Assembly: GCF_006345805.1 (NCBI RefSeq)
Contig: NW_021834365.1
Coordinates: 1-49,159, forward strand
Direction: 5' to 3'
DNA length: 49,159 nt
Origin: Octopus sinensis
Taxonomy: Eukaryota
The notes below the pieces were generated by a model. The model saw only the letters and a list, made by a program, of their open reading frames with translations, had not been told where the DNA came from and did no database searches. The position numbers and the translations under genes are program-made. Positions 1 to 10,855 of this stretch are shown here, one piece after another (positions within the stretch are counted from its first letter, which is position 1; the number at the start of each line of letters is the position of its first letter).

Positions 1-385
1 CAGCCCTTTGTCATCTCTTCTGTAATCATTTCTCACCTTTGTCCCACACCTCTTCCTGGATCTTCCTCTTCCAGAGGCTCCTGTTACATTTAAAGATTGG
101 CGCTTTCTTATGCAGCTGTCCTCACCTATATGCATCATTCCAGTGCAGTCATCGCTCTTGCACACAACATCTGACGCCTCTGTGACCCAATTTTTCTCTT
201 GAAACATTTCCTCTTCATCATACATGCACCTTGACGTTGCACATCCTTTGCATGTCTTCTGCAATCACTGCACATGTTTCACTGCCATGTAACATAGCTG
301 TATGTACACAGGCGTCATACAATCTGCCTTGCATTCTGAGGGAGAAGCCCTTTGTTATCAACAAAGGCAACAGCTCTTCGAATTT
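1..385 (-). mobile_element. Decayed RTE-clade LINE, C-terminal fragment
   Basis: Minus-strand translation ELLPLLITKGFSLRMQGRLYDACVHTAMLHGSET..., interrupted by stops and frameshifts. Confidence 0.75.
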
Positions 386-659
386 TGTCTAACCGGTTCT
401 TAAATAAATACAACCTCAATGAAAGCAACTGTATTTTTTTTTAAAAATTGAGCTAAAAAAAATTGTTGACAGTCTTTGTTCTACTAACATGCAGTTGAAT
501 TTATTTTAGCTATTAATAAATCCTTGTGTTGACCGATATAGTCATCAGTGAAAGAATAAAAGCGAAACAATATTATATCACATTACAATTTGTAAAACTT
601 GAATGAAATCGCTTGGGTAGTTCTTGAGTTTTTGGGATTCACACATACAGACAGACACA

Positions 660-1055
660 CATCGACTGGCCTCCGTGCTGGTGGAACATAACAAACTCCA
701 TCCGATTGTGGCTGGGCCAGCCTCGCCTGGCCTCCGTGCCGGTGGCACGTAAAAAGCACCATCCGACCGTGGCCGTTTGCCAGCCTCGTCTGGCACTTGT
801 GTCGGTGGCACGTAAAAAGCACCATCTGAGCATGGCCGTTTGCCAGCCTCGTCTGGCACCTGTGTCGGTGGCACATAAAAAGCACCCACTACACTCACGG
901 AGTGGTTGGCGTTAGGAAGGGCATCCAGCTGTAGAAAAACCGCCAGATATGACTGGCCTGGTGCAGCCTCCTGGCTTCCCAGACCCCAGTTGAACCGTCC
1001 AACCCATGCTAGCATGGAAAGCGGACGTTAAACGATGATGATGATGATGATGATA
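660..1055 (+). mobile_element. SINE-like family C with (GAT)n tail and four internal tandem units of about 63 bp
   Basis: ggcacgtaaaaagcacc recurs at 744, 807 and 870. Related copies at 8958-9225 (-) and 14020-14200 (+). Confidence 0.75.
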
Positions 1056-1086
1056 TACATAGGATTTTCTTTTCTCTTTTTTCTAG

Positions 1087-1193
1087 GAATTTGACTTTTA
1101 CTGTCTGAAACATCCAACGAAAAATTCAGTTTTATTGAAACACATCTTTAACAATTCTCAACATTATTCCTGCATAACCTGCGAAGGAGACTT
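1087..1193 (+). CDS. PRKN: Parkin-like RBR ligase, exon equivalent to human PRKN exon 6 (RING0 end / RING1 start): EFDFYCLKHPTKNSVLLKHIFNNSQHYSCITCEGD
   Basis: ttctag acceptor and tt|gtaagt donor; phase 0 to 2; aligns with human EFFFKCGAHPT...CITCTDVR. Upstream exons lie outside the window. Confidence 0.9.
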
Positions 1194-1614
1194 GTAAGTT
1201 GGTCCATTCTCTAATTTTCTGGTCTTATTGAATGAATGGATGAATGAATATTCCTGTCCCCTAAGGGTTTAGAGGCCTTAGACACAGCCCTTTGTTGTAT
1301 AGGGTCATTAGGTCCTAACTTCTGAGCCAATTAACTGTCAGGGGTTGGAGCCCTTAGCTTTTGTGTCTTTGCAGCCCTTAATAACCTGTTCGTTTAATTC
1401 TTTTACTTATTTCGGTCATTTGACTGTGGCCATGCTGGAGCAGTGTCTTGAAGGGTTTTAGTTGAAGAAATCGACCTCCTTATTCTTTTTTTTTTATCTT
1501 TATACTTATTGTATTGCTGAACCACTAAGCTACGGGGATGTAAACACACCAACACCGGTTGTCAAGTGATGGAGGGGGTGCAAACATGGGCACAAAGGCA
1601 CACACACACACACA

Positions 1615-1654
<40 letters not shown>

Positions 1655-2507
1655 ACAATGATAGTGAATTACTTTGATGAAATTTTATTCAGTTAGAAGA
1701 AAATTCCAATATCATGACAAATTGTTTCGTAGCTTAAAAACATACAAATAATATATATTATCATATTTAATAATGAATTACTTACATATCTGCATTAATG
1801 CAAAATGTAAAAAAAAATCACAAGGCTTTGGTTGGCCTGAGGCTATACTAGAAGACACTCGGCCAAGGGGCTACGCGATAGGGACTGAACCTGGAACCAT
1901 GTGGTTCAGAATCGAACTTCTTGCCACAGAACCATACCTGGAAATTTAAGTTTGATATTGTCTCTCCCTTTGTTTGACCACCTTTCAAGGTTGTATAGTG
2001 TTGGGGGGGCCCTTCTTTCTCTTCTGACCCAATTTACTTTTGGGGGTCGACACCCTTACCCTTTGTCTCTTCGCAAGCACTGACAGTCTGTGAAACTTTA
2101 TTCTTGGCATCCTTTCTTTCCTTGCCTGTCTCCCTTGCAGGTGCCCCAGCATGGCCTCAGGGCTGCTGAGCCCAGACTGCATGCCCAGTTATGCTGCTGC
2201 TGTAGCTGTGGCCACAACGATGCTTTCTCTTTGAGCCATTCTTTAACCATAGTCTTCTTAATTCTTTGACTGTTGCTGGTTTTGAGATGGAATCATAAAA
2301 TCCTCCTCTCCAATCTTTTGTATTTTCACTTGTATTTTTTTTGTATTTTTGTATTTCAACTTCTAAGTTATGGGGATGTAAACACACCAACACTGGATGT
2401 CAAGTGACAGTCAGTTACAAACACAGACACGAAGACACACATACACATACACACATGCATGTATGTTCGTATGTACGTATGTATGTATGGTATTATGTAT
2501 GTATGTA

Positions 2508-2543
<36 letters not shown>

Positions 2544-2544
2544 G

Positions 2545-2735
2545 GGAGAGTTTACGAAAATAGACAAAAGACAAAGACAGGTGGTGTACAAAACAAACAG
2601 ATGTATTAGTATAACGCTCAGGAATAGAAAAAAGTCTTTTACGTTTCGAGCCTACGCTCTTCTACAGAAAGGGACACAGAAAAAACAAGGAGAGAAACAA
2701 GGAGCGAAAAAAATGTGTGAAGTGGCTAACGATCT
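2545..2735 (-). mobile_element. Dispersed non-autonomous element with a hammerhead-like motif (Penelope-like pLTR type)
   Basis: Homologous to 22215-22410 (+) and 42245-42440 (+); related cores at 40576, 41536 and 46483. Confidence 0.65.
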
Positions 2736-2780
2736 ATCATGGCGCTGACTATATATGTATGTATGTATATATATATATAT

Positions 2781-3301
2781 ATGAAAGTAGTAATGCAATA
2801 CGAGAGTATTGCTTTCCAGTAAAGAATAGCCCGTGAGGGTAAAATTATACATAAAAGTAAATAAATGGTACAAAGCACCGATATTTACTGGAAAATAGCG
2901 AACGTAATAAATACGACACTAATGTATAGCTTCACTGTGTATGTACTAGTAAAGATGCATGTGTGCAACAAACACGAAAAAAATTGTCTCAACTCTAGGA
3001 AGAACATTTGAAAAATGAAAACGGATAATGAAGTACTGGTTTCGGATTTTTCAAAATACGATTGCTAAACGTATATTTGATTTATCTTCATCAGCTGCAT
3101 AAACCTCGACAAAATTTCCAAATTTCATGTTGCCAATCTATGCCGTACACTCGTCTGAACGCCAAAACGTTAACAGAACGAGAACATGAAAAGTTCAATG
3201 AAAATAGTAATGCAATACGAGAGTATTGCTTTCCAGTAAAGGATAGCCCGTGAGGGTAAAATTATACATAAAAGTAAATAAATGGTACAAAGCACCGATA
3301 T
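2781..3301 (-). mobile_element. 417-bp-period partial tandem element (1.25 units) with a type I hammerhead motif
   Basis: 104-bp direct repeats at 2781-2884 and 3198-3301; hammerhead core at 3029-3099 on the minus strand. Confidence 0.6.
3029..3099 (-). ncRNA. Type I minimal hammerhead ribozyme motif (GUA site)
   Basis: UGCAG-CUGAUGA-(A)GAU..long hairpin..AUC(C)-GAAAC-CA-GUA-CUUCA; one mismatch in helix I and an A.C pair at 10.1/11.1. Confidence 0.55.
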
Positions 3302-3588
3302 GTTTATATTTTGGAATAATTAAATCAAACCGTGTCCACTGTTGTTACGGTACCAAAGAAACCGGTCTCCTTGCCTACCAGGTTATCCAAGTTACAATGT
3401 TTGAATTTTAGAGTTATCTCCCTTACTCTTTTCATCCCTGGTGCAATTTGAAGTCTGACACTTATCCAGGGCTGAACCTGTAGGTCAGGCGGCCATAAAC
3501 AAACCAGTACCACTTGTGAAGTAGTAATGGGTGGGGGGTGGGGGGCAAACGTCAACACAAAGACACACACGCACACACCCACCCACAT

Positions 3589-3990
3589 AGGCGCAGGAGT
3601 GGCTGTGTGGCAAGTAGCTTGTTTACCAACCACATGGTCCCGGGTTCAGTCCCACTGCGTGGCACCTTGGGCAAGTGTCTTCTACTATAGCCTCGGGCTG
3701 ACCAAATCCTTGTGAGTGGATTTGGTAGACGGAAACTGAAAGAAGCCCATCGTATATATGTATATATATGTATATACATGTGTGTGTTTGTGTGTCTGTG
3801 TTTGTCCCCCTAGCATTGCTTGACAACCGATGCTGGTGTGTTTATGTCCCCGTTACTTAGCGGTTCGGCAAAAGAGACCGATAAAATAAATACTGGGCTT
3901 ACAAAAGAATAAGTCCTGAGGGTCGAGTTGCTCGACTAAAGGCGATGCTCCAGCATGGCCGCAATCAAATGACTGAAACAAGTAAAAGAA
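3589..3990 (+). mobile_element. tRNA-derived SINE family A, full-length
   Basis: A/B-box-like head, ccttgggcaagt core, internal (TA)/(TG) tract and gctccagcatggccgca tail. Full copy at 9601-10011 (-); partial copies at 1400-1600, 1800-1935, 5890-6030, 10340-10460, 12770-12920, 13790-14005, 17000-17270, 21660-21740, 39480-39560 and 40140-40275. Confidence 0.85.
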
Positions 3991-4580
3991 TGCATGTCTA
4001 GACATGCAACTGTATGCAAGAAAATGCACACATAAAACAAAACATACAAATCTGCACATATACATACATATATACATACAAAAATACCCTGTTGTTGATG
4101 TTGAAATTCCATTGAAGGAGCCTTGGATCTGGGTTAGAAACCGGTTCTTTCTCTGTTAGTAAGAAATCTTGAAATAAAACTGAATAATGCTATACATACA
4201 TATCTGTAATGTATCTGTCTACCAAATCAACTTCCAAGGAAGTGGTCATCCTGGGACTATATTACAAAACATGACGACCTAACTTTATGTTCCAAGCTGA
4301 AATTCCACCGAAACTGACTTAGCTGTTCAACCTTTCAGGATTGTTAAAATAAGTATCAGTTGGTCCCTGGGGTCAATAGAATTGATTTGCCCCCATTCTC
4401 CAAAATTTTGGTCCTTGTGCATCTATTGCCCCCAACGGCAAACTATGGTTCTTATTTACAGATGAGTTGAATAAGTCTGAGAGTCTTAAGATTTTTTGGC
4501 CCTGACCTTATGATACCATTTTTCCATTATGGAGTTGGTGTTGAGATATAAATTTGGATGCGAGATTTGAACCCTTTTAA

Positions 4581-4939
4581 AGTGATAGCATGTTGTCAAC
4601 TTAATGTGAGAGTCCCATGAAAGGGAGGAATGCTACTGTTATCTAGCCCTAGGAAATTTCTATTTTCAAAAATCACTTGAAATATATATGTTTTCAAAGG
4701 CGGATAGGCATCGACAGCTAGCAAGCCAAGCTACTCCAGACTGATGATGAGCAATGACTCTGAAACTAGTCTCTGGATGCTGGCTTTGCTGGGTGGAAGT
4801 GCTTATCTCCCCTTTGAAAACATAAGGACACAGGAAATGTGTCAAGTCCAACAGGAAACGGTGTTTCCTAGGGTTAAATAACAGTAGCATTCTTCCCTTT
4901 CATGGAACCATCACATTAAGTTGACAACATGCTATCGCT
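4581..4939. mobile_element. Foldback/MITE-like element, 359 bp, TTAA/TTAT flanks, AG...CT termini (Kolobok-like)
   Basis: About 75-bp terminal inverted repeats (4581-4656 vs 4864-4939); the inner arms are also inverted up to the centre. Confidence 0.75.
4735..4777 (+). ncRNA. Type I minimal hammerhead ribozyme motif (GUC site, predicted cleavage after 4771)
   Basis: UCCAGA-CUGAUGA-U-GAG-CAAUGA-CUC-U-GAAAC-UA-GUC-UCUGGA: perfect 6-bp helix I and palindromic ACUAGU helix III; U.U replaces G-C at 10.1/11.1. Confidence 0.7.
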
Positions 4940-5022
4940 TTATCATGCTGCAACTGCATAAATCTCTCTCAGATATTTACAAATATGTCATTTCTATTGA
5001 ACCCTTTTCTTAACAAATCTCT

Positions 5023-5067
5023 GCTTGGCTCAGTGGTTGGAGCATGAGGCTCACAATCATGAGGTAG

Positions 5068-5108
<41 letters not shown>

Positions 5109-5365
5109 TAGATGGTGGTGGGTGTGCTGTATGTGGCTGTGTGTTGTGTCCTTGAGCAAGACACTTTATTTCCCGCTGGTCCAGTTCACTGAGCTGTAGA
5201 AATGAGTTGTGACTTTGTCTCTCCCTAGCATAACATTGGTGTCATGTGAGGAGAGGAAAGGGCAACTGCTGGCCTTCCATAAACAACCTTGCCTGGGCTC
5301 GTGCCTTGGAGAGTAACCTTCCAGGTGTAATCCCATGGTCATTCCTGACTGAAGGGGTTCCTTAC
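5023..5365 (+). mobile_element. tRNA-derived SINE family D interrupted by (GAT)n
   Basis: ggctcagtggttggagc head and ccttgagcaagacac core; related copy at 22430-22680 (-). Confidence 0.6.
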
Positions 5366-5691
5366 TCTTTGTCCCTTCTGTCGAAACACTCTTTCTTTAT
5401 TTCAGTGAATTTTGAAAATGGTGAAGAATTTAGCAAAATAGATTTGTTATTATTAAGCTGATGTTTGTAATTTTAATTCAGAGCACTTTAAAACAGGATG
5501 TTTGTATCATAGAACTAAGGATGGTCTCAGACAGGTTGGTCTTAAAAGGATTAACGATAGTCATTTTAAACAGGATGTTGATATCCTGATACCAGGGGAG
5601 GGGTAGACTCTTGTGGATTGATTAAATATTTCTTGACACCAAATGATAAAGTCTTTAATTATTTTTTTTTTCCTTCTTTTTTTTTTTTCAG

Positions 5692-5825
5692 GAACCCAAT
5701 ATTGATTTATCCCTGTGAAAAAAGTCATGTGATGTGCCTCGACTGTTTCAAAATTTATTGCGAACAGTATTTGCTTGAGAGGAAATTCCGTTTGACGGAC
5801 CTTTGTTACTCAATAAGATGTCCGG
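5692..5825 (+). CDS. PRKN: Parkin-like exon (RING1): NPILIYPCEKSHVMCLDCFKIYCEQYLLERKFRLTDLCYSIRCP
   Basis: Polypyrimidine tract plus cag acceptor; g|gtgagt donor; phase 2 to 1; matches [23 protein letters not shown]...YSLPC. Confidence 0.95.
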
Positions 5826-6117
5826 GTGAGTGATTCTTTATCTGCCACCGCTCATGTTGCATGTTAAAGGAAACTGTGTGCATATGGTGCAGGCATGGCT
5901 GTATAATTAAGACGTTTCTAACTCTGTGGTTTTGGGTTCAATCTCTCTGCATGGTACCTTGGATAAGTGTCTTCTATATCCCTGGGTTGACCAAAGACTT
6001 GTGAGTGGATTTGGTTGATAAAAACTGAAAGTGTTCACTGTGTGTATGCGCATGTGGGTATGTGTACATGTGTGTGTATATATATCTTTTTCTTTTTCAA
6101 ATATATATATATAAAGA

Positions 6118-6616
6118 CTAGCAGTATCGCCCGGCATTGCTCGGGTTTGTAAGGGAAATAACTATATAAGCATTTTTAGAGAGTTACTTCCCTTATAGAT
6201 GCCAATTTGGGCTTCTTAGCCATTTTCTCTGTTTGGTGCTCAAGCCATGAAGTCGTTGTTCTAAAAGAACGCTGGTCTCCTTGACAAGCTTTACGACGTT
6301 GATTTCCTTACACTCCCTTCCCCACAGCTTCACGAGGGAGGGAAGAAGGGGGAGAAGCAAACAGGTGCAGGGTGGACCATGGACGCCAACTCCGCCGCCA
6401 TCGACACACGAAAAAGTATGCATTAAAATGGAATAAAAAATGATGTTAAATTATTTTAAAAATCGTAGACTCATCGTAGACGCGCGCTAATAGCCAGACG
6501 GGCTCGATATGAATCACGACTATAAGATACCCGATTGGTTTTTTAAACTGCCACCGCAAAATGTGGGAGGAGTTAGGAATCTAAAATCGAAGGGGACAGA
6601 CACTCACACAACTAGA

Positions 6617-6652
<36 letters not shown>
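6118..6652 (-). mobile_element. Non-autonomous Helitron
   Basis: 3' hairpin CCCGAGCAATGCCGGG then CTAG|T on the minus strand; homologous to 19241-19638. Confidence 0.75.
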
Positions 6653-6653
<1 letters not shown>

Positions 6654-6655
<2 letters not shown>

Positions 6656-6895
6656 TGGGATGAAGTGGTGAAGCATGACCTTCGAACACTGGGCCTCACT
6701 GATGCAATGACCAGTGATCGAGAATTTTGGAAATATGCTATGCTTGAGAAGACCTGGCAAGCCAAGTGAGACCATAACCTTGTGGCCTAAGCCAGGGGTG
6801 TGACCAACCCATTTATGCATACCTTTCCTTGATTGGACACTAAACTCTGCTTGCGAAGACCTGTTGAGGCAAGTGAAATCGGAATCGAAATCAAA
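6654..6895 (+). mobile_element. 5'-truncated RTE LINE 3' end
   Basis: WDEVVKHDLRTLGLTDAMTSDREFWKYAMLEKTWQAK* followed by 3' UTR. Confidence 0.75.
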
Positions 6896-6904
6896 TTCGA
6901 TGAC

Positions 6905-7380
6905 TCAACAACCACCACCACCACCGTCACCTACAGCATACCCCAACACCACCACCGCTGCCACCACCACCACCACCACCACCACCACTGCCGCCACCAC
7001 CATCACCATCATTACCACCACCACTACCACCGTCACCTACAGCATACCCCAACACCACCACCGCTGCCACCACCACCACCACCACCACCACTGCCGCCAC
7101 CACCATCACCATCATTACCACCACCACTACCACCGTCACCTACAGCATACCCCAACACCACCACCGCTGCCACCACCACCACACCACCACCACTGCCGCC
7201 ACCACCACACATCATTACCACACCACCACTACCACCGTCACCTACAGCATACCCCCCCAACACACCACCACCGCTGCCACCACCACCACCACCACCACTG
7301 CCGCCACCACCATCACCATCATTACCACCACCACCACTACCACCGTCACCTACAGCATACCCCAACACCACCACCACCAT
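6905..7380. repeat. (CAC)n-based minisatellite, unit about 105 bp, about 4.5 copies
   Basis: ctacagcatacccc recurs at 6931, 7037, 7140, 7242 and 7350. Confidence 0.85.
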
Positions 7381-7426
7381 TCCTTGCTACTTCATCTTAT
7401 TTCGTTCTCTTTGAATCCTTCTTCAG

Positions 7427-7488
7427 ATCACTGCGAACAATCCTTCATCCAGGAAGCTCACCATTTTCGCATTCTTGGAGACATCAAG
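7427..7488 (+). CDS. PRKN: Parkin-like exon: DHCEQSFIQEAHHFRILGDIK
   Basis: 62-nt exon, the same length as human exon 8; contains HHFRILG; canonical AG/GT; phase 1 to 0. Confidence 0.95.
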
Positions 7489-8563
7489 GTAAATATAAAT
7501 GTTACTTGTTAATGTTTTTTTTTTTTGTTTTCTTTTATCTTAAATATGAATTTCAGCTGGCAGTGATGTTGTGGTGTCCATCCCTTGCATCAAAACTGTG
7601 CTGCTCTTAAAAGCAAAGGAGTCTTTACAAGATTGCTCAACCTGCTAGAAATGGCAACTGAATCATCCCTCATTTTGCCCCAGCCCGGTTTGTATAAGGA
7701 CATGACACATTAAATAAAGTGATCCTACATAGCTATAGAAAAAAACAGATGATGTGGTCATGGCTGGAATGCATTTGATCATTGTTCTGCTTGATCAAAA
7801 TTGACCTGGGGGCTAAATAGCAGCAAGCACTCTGCTCTGCTCCAGACAAAGATTGTTAAGTTTTTGTCTGTCTGTTTCTCCATTTTTATATTCATGAAGA
7901 CTGGATCTGGCAGACTTTGCAGAAGAATTCTTCATGGCTTAACAGAATGGAAAGTGGCTGCAGCAACTGCAGCAGTGCATGGTGGGGTGCAGAGAGCAAG
8001 ATGAAGCAAAGAAGACACCTTGGTCACCCACTGCATCCGTTTCCATCCCCAGTCACCTGGATCTGGTTTTGCCACTGGACTGAAGATGGTCAAGGACAAA
8101 GGAATGAGGTTGATGGTGTGCGACTCTAATTCACTATGAATAAAGTCATTGCATAAGTCATTAGTCATCCCTTAGGATGAAAACCACTGCAAACCCATCA
8201 GCCTGTAATTAGTTTATAAACCCATCATATGATTGAGCCTTATCAGTGACACGTGCTCACAGCCAGCAGCATGATGACATGTATAAAAGATATGTGACTG
8301 TCTCTGAGTCTTTGCCACTGACAATGCCTAACAAGGCTGAAATGCATCTGGCATTCTCATTGATTGCTGCTGAATTGATTTTTGCCCTTCTCCCAATATA
8401 TATTGTGCTTTTAAACACATCTCCATTAGAGATGTTAACTGTGGATGACCTCAGCAATAAATTGCTTTTCAGCAATGTATTTACATTGAATATGATACAT
8501 AGATAACTATTTTGATTTATTATTTTCAGAGGTCCTTTAATTAACATTCCTGTTTCTTTACAG

Positions 8564-8698
8564 TATGAAGAGTACCAGAATCAGGCAACCAGGGCTTATC
8601 TTCAAAATACTTATTCTGTCTACTGCCCAAACCCTCATTGCAAAGAGTGCTTTGAGGCCGATCTGAACGTCACTGATATTACCTGTTTAAGCTGCAAA
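8564..8698 (+). CDS. PRKN: Parkin-like exon (IBR N-half): YEEYQNQATRAYLQNTYSVYCPNPHCKECFEADLNVTDITCLSCK
   Basis: tttacag acceptor and aaa|gtgagt donor; 45 codons; IBR CPxPxC...C...C pattern. Confidence 0.92.
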
Positions 8699-8864
8699 GT
8701 GAGTATTTTTGGCTCTCCTTGTTTTAACGTAGTTCTGGCTGGGATCTTGGTCCTTAAGATGTCTTCCACCATACTCTCAAGTTGACCAAAGCCATGTGAG
8801 TGAAATCTCTATCAGAGTCCTTTAGATATGTGTGTGTGTGTGTGTGTGTGCATGCATATATATC

Positions 8865-8898
<34 letters not shown>

Positions 8899-9229
8899 TT
8901 GACTTTTAGTTCAGGCAATTGAAAAAAAACACATTATTTATGGGATGACCCAATATCATCATCATCATCATTTAATGTCCGTTTTCCATGCTAGCATGGG
9001 TTGGACAGTTCGACCGGGGTCTGGTAAGCCAAGAGGCTGCACCAGGCTCCAGTCTGATTTGGCAATGTTTCTACACCTGGATGCCCTTCCTAGCGCCAAC
9101 CACTCCGTCTGTGTAGTGGGTGTTTTTTACGTGCCACCGGCACAGGGGCCAGAGGAGGCTGGCAAACGGCCATGATCGGTTGGTGCTTTTACGTGTCACC
9201 GACATGGACACCAGTCAGGCGGCGCTAAG

Positions 9230-9463
9230 GCGGCGAGCTGGCAGAAACGTTAGCACGCCGGATGAAATACTTAGCGGTATTTCGTCTGTCGTTACGTTGT
9301 GAGTTCAAATTCCGCCGAGGTTGACTTTGCCTTTCATCCTTTCGGGGTCGATAAATTAAGTACCAGTTCTGCACTGGGGTCGATGTAATCGACTTAATAC
9401 CTATGTCTGTCCTTGTTTGTCCCCTCTATGTTTAGCCCCTTGTGGGTAATAAAGAAATAGGTA
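9230..9463 (+). mobile_element. tRNA-derived SINE family B (ggcggcgagctggcag...gaaataggtat)
   Basis: Near-identical copies at 11020-11249 (+, 12-bp TSD GGTATTCTAAAG), 20439-20673 (+), 29247-29481 (-, 13-bp TSD TGGCAACCTGCAC) and 23065-23290 (-). Partial copies at 4290-4420, 14810-15010, 15655-15790, 16455-16600, 19690-19870, 22940-23065, 28205-28325, 34590-34960, 38820-39122 and 48150-48260. Confidence 0.85.
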
Positions 9464-10052
9464 TATATATATAAATAAATAAATAAAAATAGAGGATGCT
9501 TGTCCCAGAGTACCATGCAATGTATATTTTGATTATTTGTCTCTTTCGATGTCAATAATTATAATTTAATGAATCTGGTGGTTACCAATTAACAATTTAC
9601 TCTTTTACTTGTTTCAGTCATTTGACTGCAGCCATGCTGGAGCACCGCCTTTAGTCGAGCAAATCGACCCCAGGACTTATTCTTTGTAAGCCCAGTACTT
9701 ATTCTTTCGGTCTCTTTTGCCGAACCGCTAAGTGACGGGGATGTAAACACACCAGCATCGGTTGTCAAGCAATGCTAGGGGGACAAACACAGACAGACAC
9801 AAACATACACACACACATACATACATATATATATAAATACATATATACGACGGGCTTCTTTTCAGTTTCCGTCTACCAAATCCACTCACAAGGCATTGGT
9901 CGGCCTGAGGCTATAGTAGAAGACACTTGCCCAAGGTGCCACGCAATGGGACTGAACCCGGAACCATGTGGTTGGTAAGAAAGCTACTTACCACACAGCC
10001 ACTCCTGCGCCAATTAGTGATGTTTTTTTTTGTTTTTTTTTTCTTCCAACAG

Positions 10053-10130
10053 CACAAGTTCTGCCGTCAGTGTTCCCATGAGTCACATGATGGACCATGT
10101 GGCCGAGAAGCAGTTGAAGGAAGCGACCTG
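10053..10130 (+). CDS. PRKN: Parkin-like exon (IBR C-half): HKFCRQCSHESHDGPCGREAVEGSDL
   Basis: T-rich acceptor and ctg|gtgagt donor; FCxxCxxxxHxGxC motif. Confidence 0.92.
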
Positions 10131-10469
10131 GTGAGTGTATTTATTTGCTAAATATTTCGGGTTTGTGACAGATTTCTTACGTGAGTGTGAAACCACTTAA
10201 TGTGGAGACATGGGTGTGGGGGGTTAGTCACTGTATCCTCAGTTTATTATTGGTACTTTTAAACCTGAATGTAGATGAGTCTATAATCAATTACAAATGT
10301 ATGCATAATTTTCAAGGCAGAGGCAGACATAACTTTAGGATTAAGAAGCTTTTGTCTCAACCATGTGGACTTGGGTTCAATCTCACTACATGGCACCTTG
10401 GGCAAGTGTCTTCTTCTATAGCCTAGGGCTGACAAAAGCGATGTGACTGGATTGGGTGGATGAATTTTT

Positions 10470-10688
10470 TGTGCAGGTGGGAGTTCATCAGGGTTCGGTT
10501 GTCATCCAAGCCATACCTGAGGGATTTAAGACTGGCTACTCATGGGATCTCCTCTGTGACCCCGTTCTTACGGCTGAAACTGCAGTAGAATTAACTGGTA
10601 TGGAAGCAAAACCTGGAATCAAATGAATGAAAACGGACATGGCACTAATGCTTTTGGGTAAATGGCCCTGTTCTATATGTAGAAAAGG
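10470..10688 (+). mobile_element. Decayed RTE reverse-transcriptase fragment
   Basis: VQVGVHQGSV...GKWPCSICRKG with deletions and frameshifts. Confidence 0.6.
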
Positions 10689-10689
10689 T

Positions 10690-10855
10690 TGTTGTTGTAG
10701 TAGTAGTTGCAGTAGTAGTAGCAGTAGTAGTAGTTGCAGTAGTAGTAGTAGTAGTAGCAGTAGTAGTAGTAGTTGTAGTAGTAGTAGTAGTAGTAATAGT
10801 AGTAGTAGTTGCAGGTGTAGTAGTAGTAGTAGCAGTAGTAGTAGTAGTAGTAACT
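10690..10855. repeat. (AGT)n microsatellite
   Basis: Visible directly in the sequence. Confidence 0.95.

Noticed and set aside
578-1015. 145-aa ORF with 21-aa repeats
   Set aside because: It lies within a SINE with 63-bp tandem units.
6833-7610. Poly-His/Pro/Thr ORFs of 193 and 248 aa
   Set aside because: Translations of a (CAC)n minisatellite. Only 7427-7488 is a real exon, and it is in a different frame.
7800-8250. Overlapping 67-78 aa ORFs in the Parkin intron
   Set aside because: No coherent domain or splice sites; at most an ancient TE remnant.
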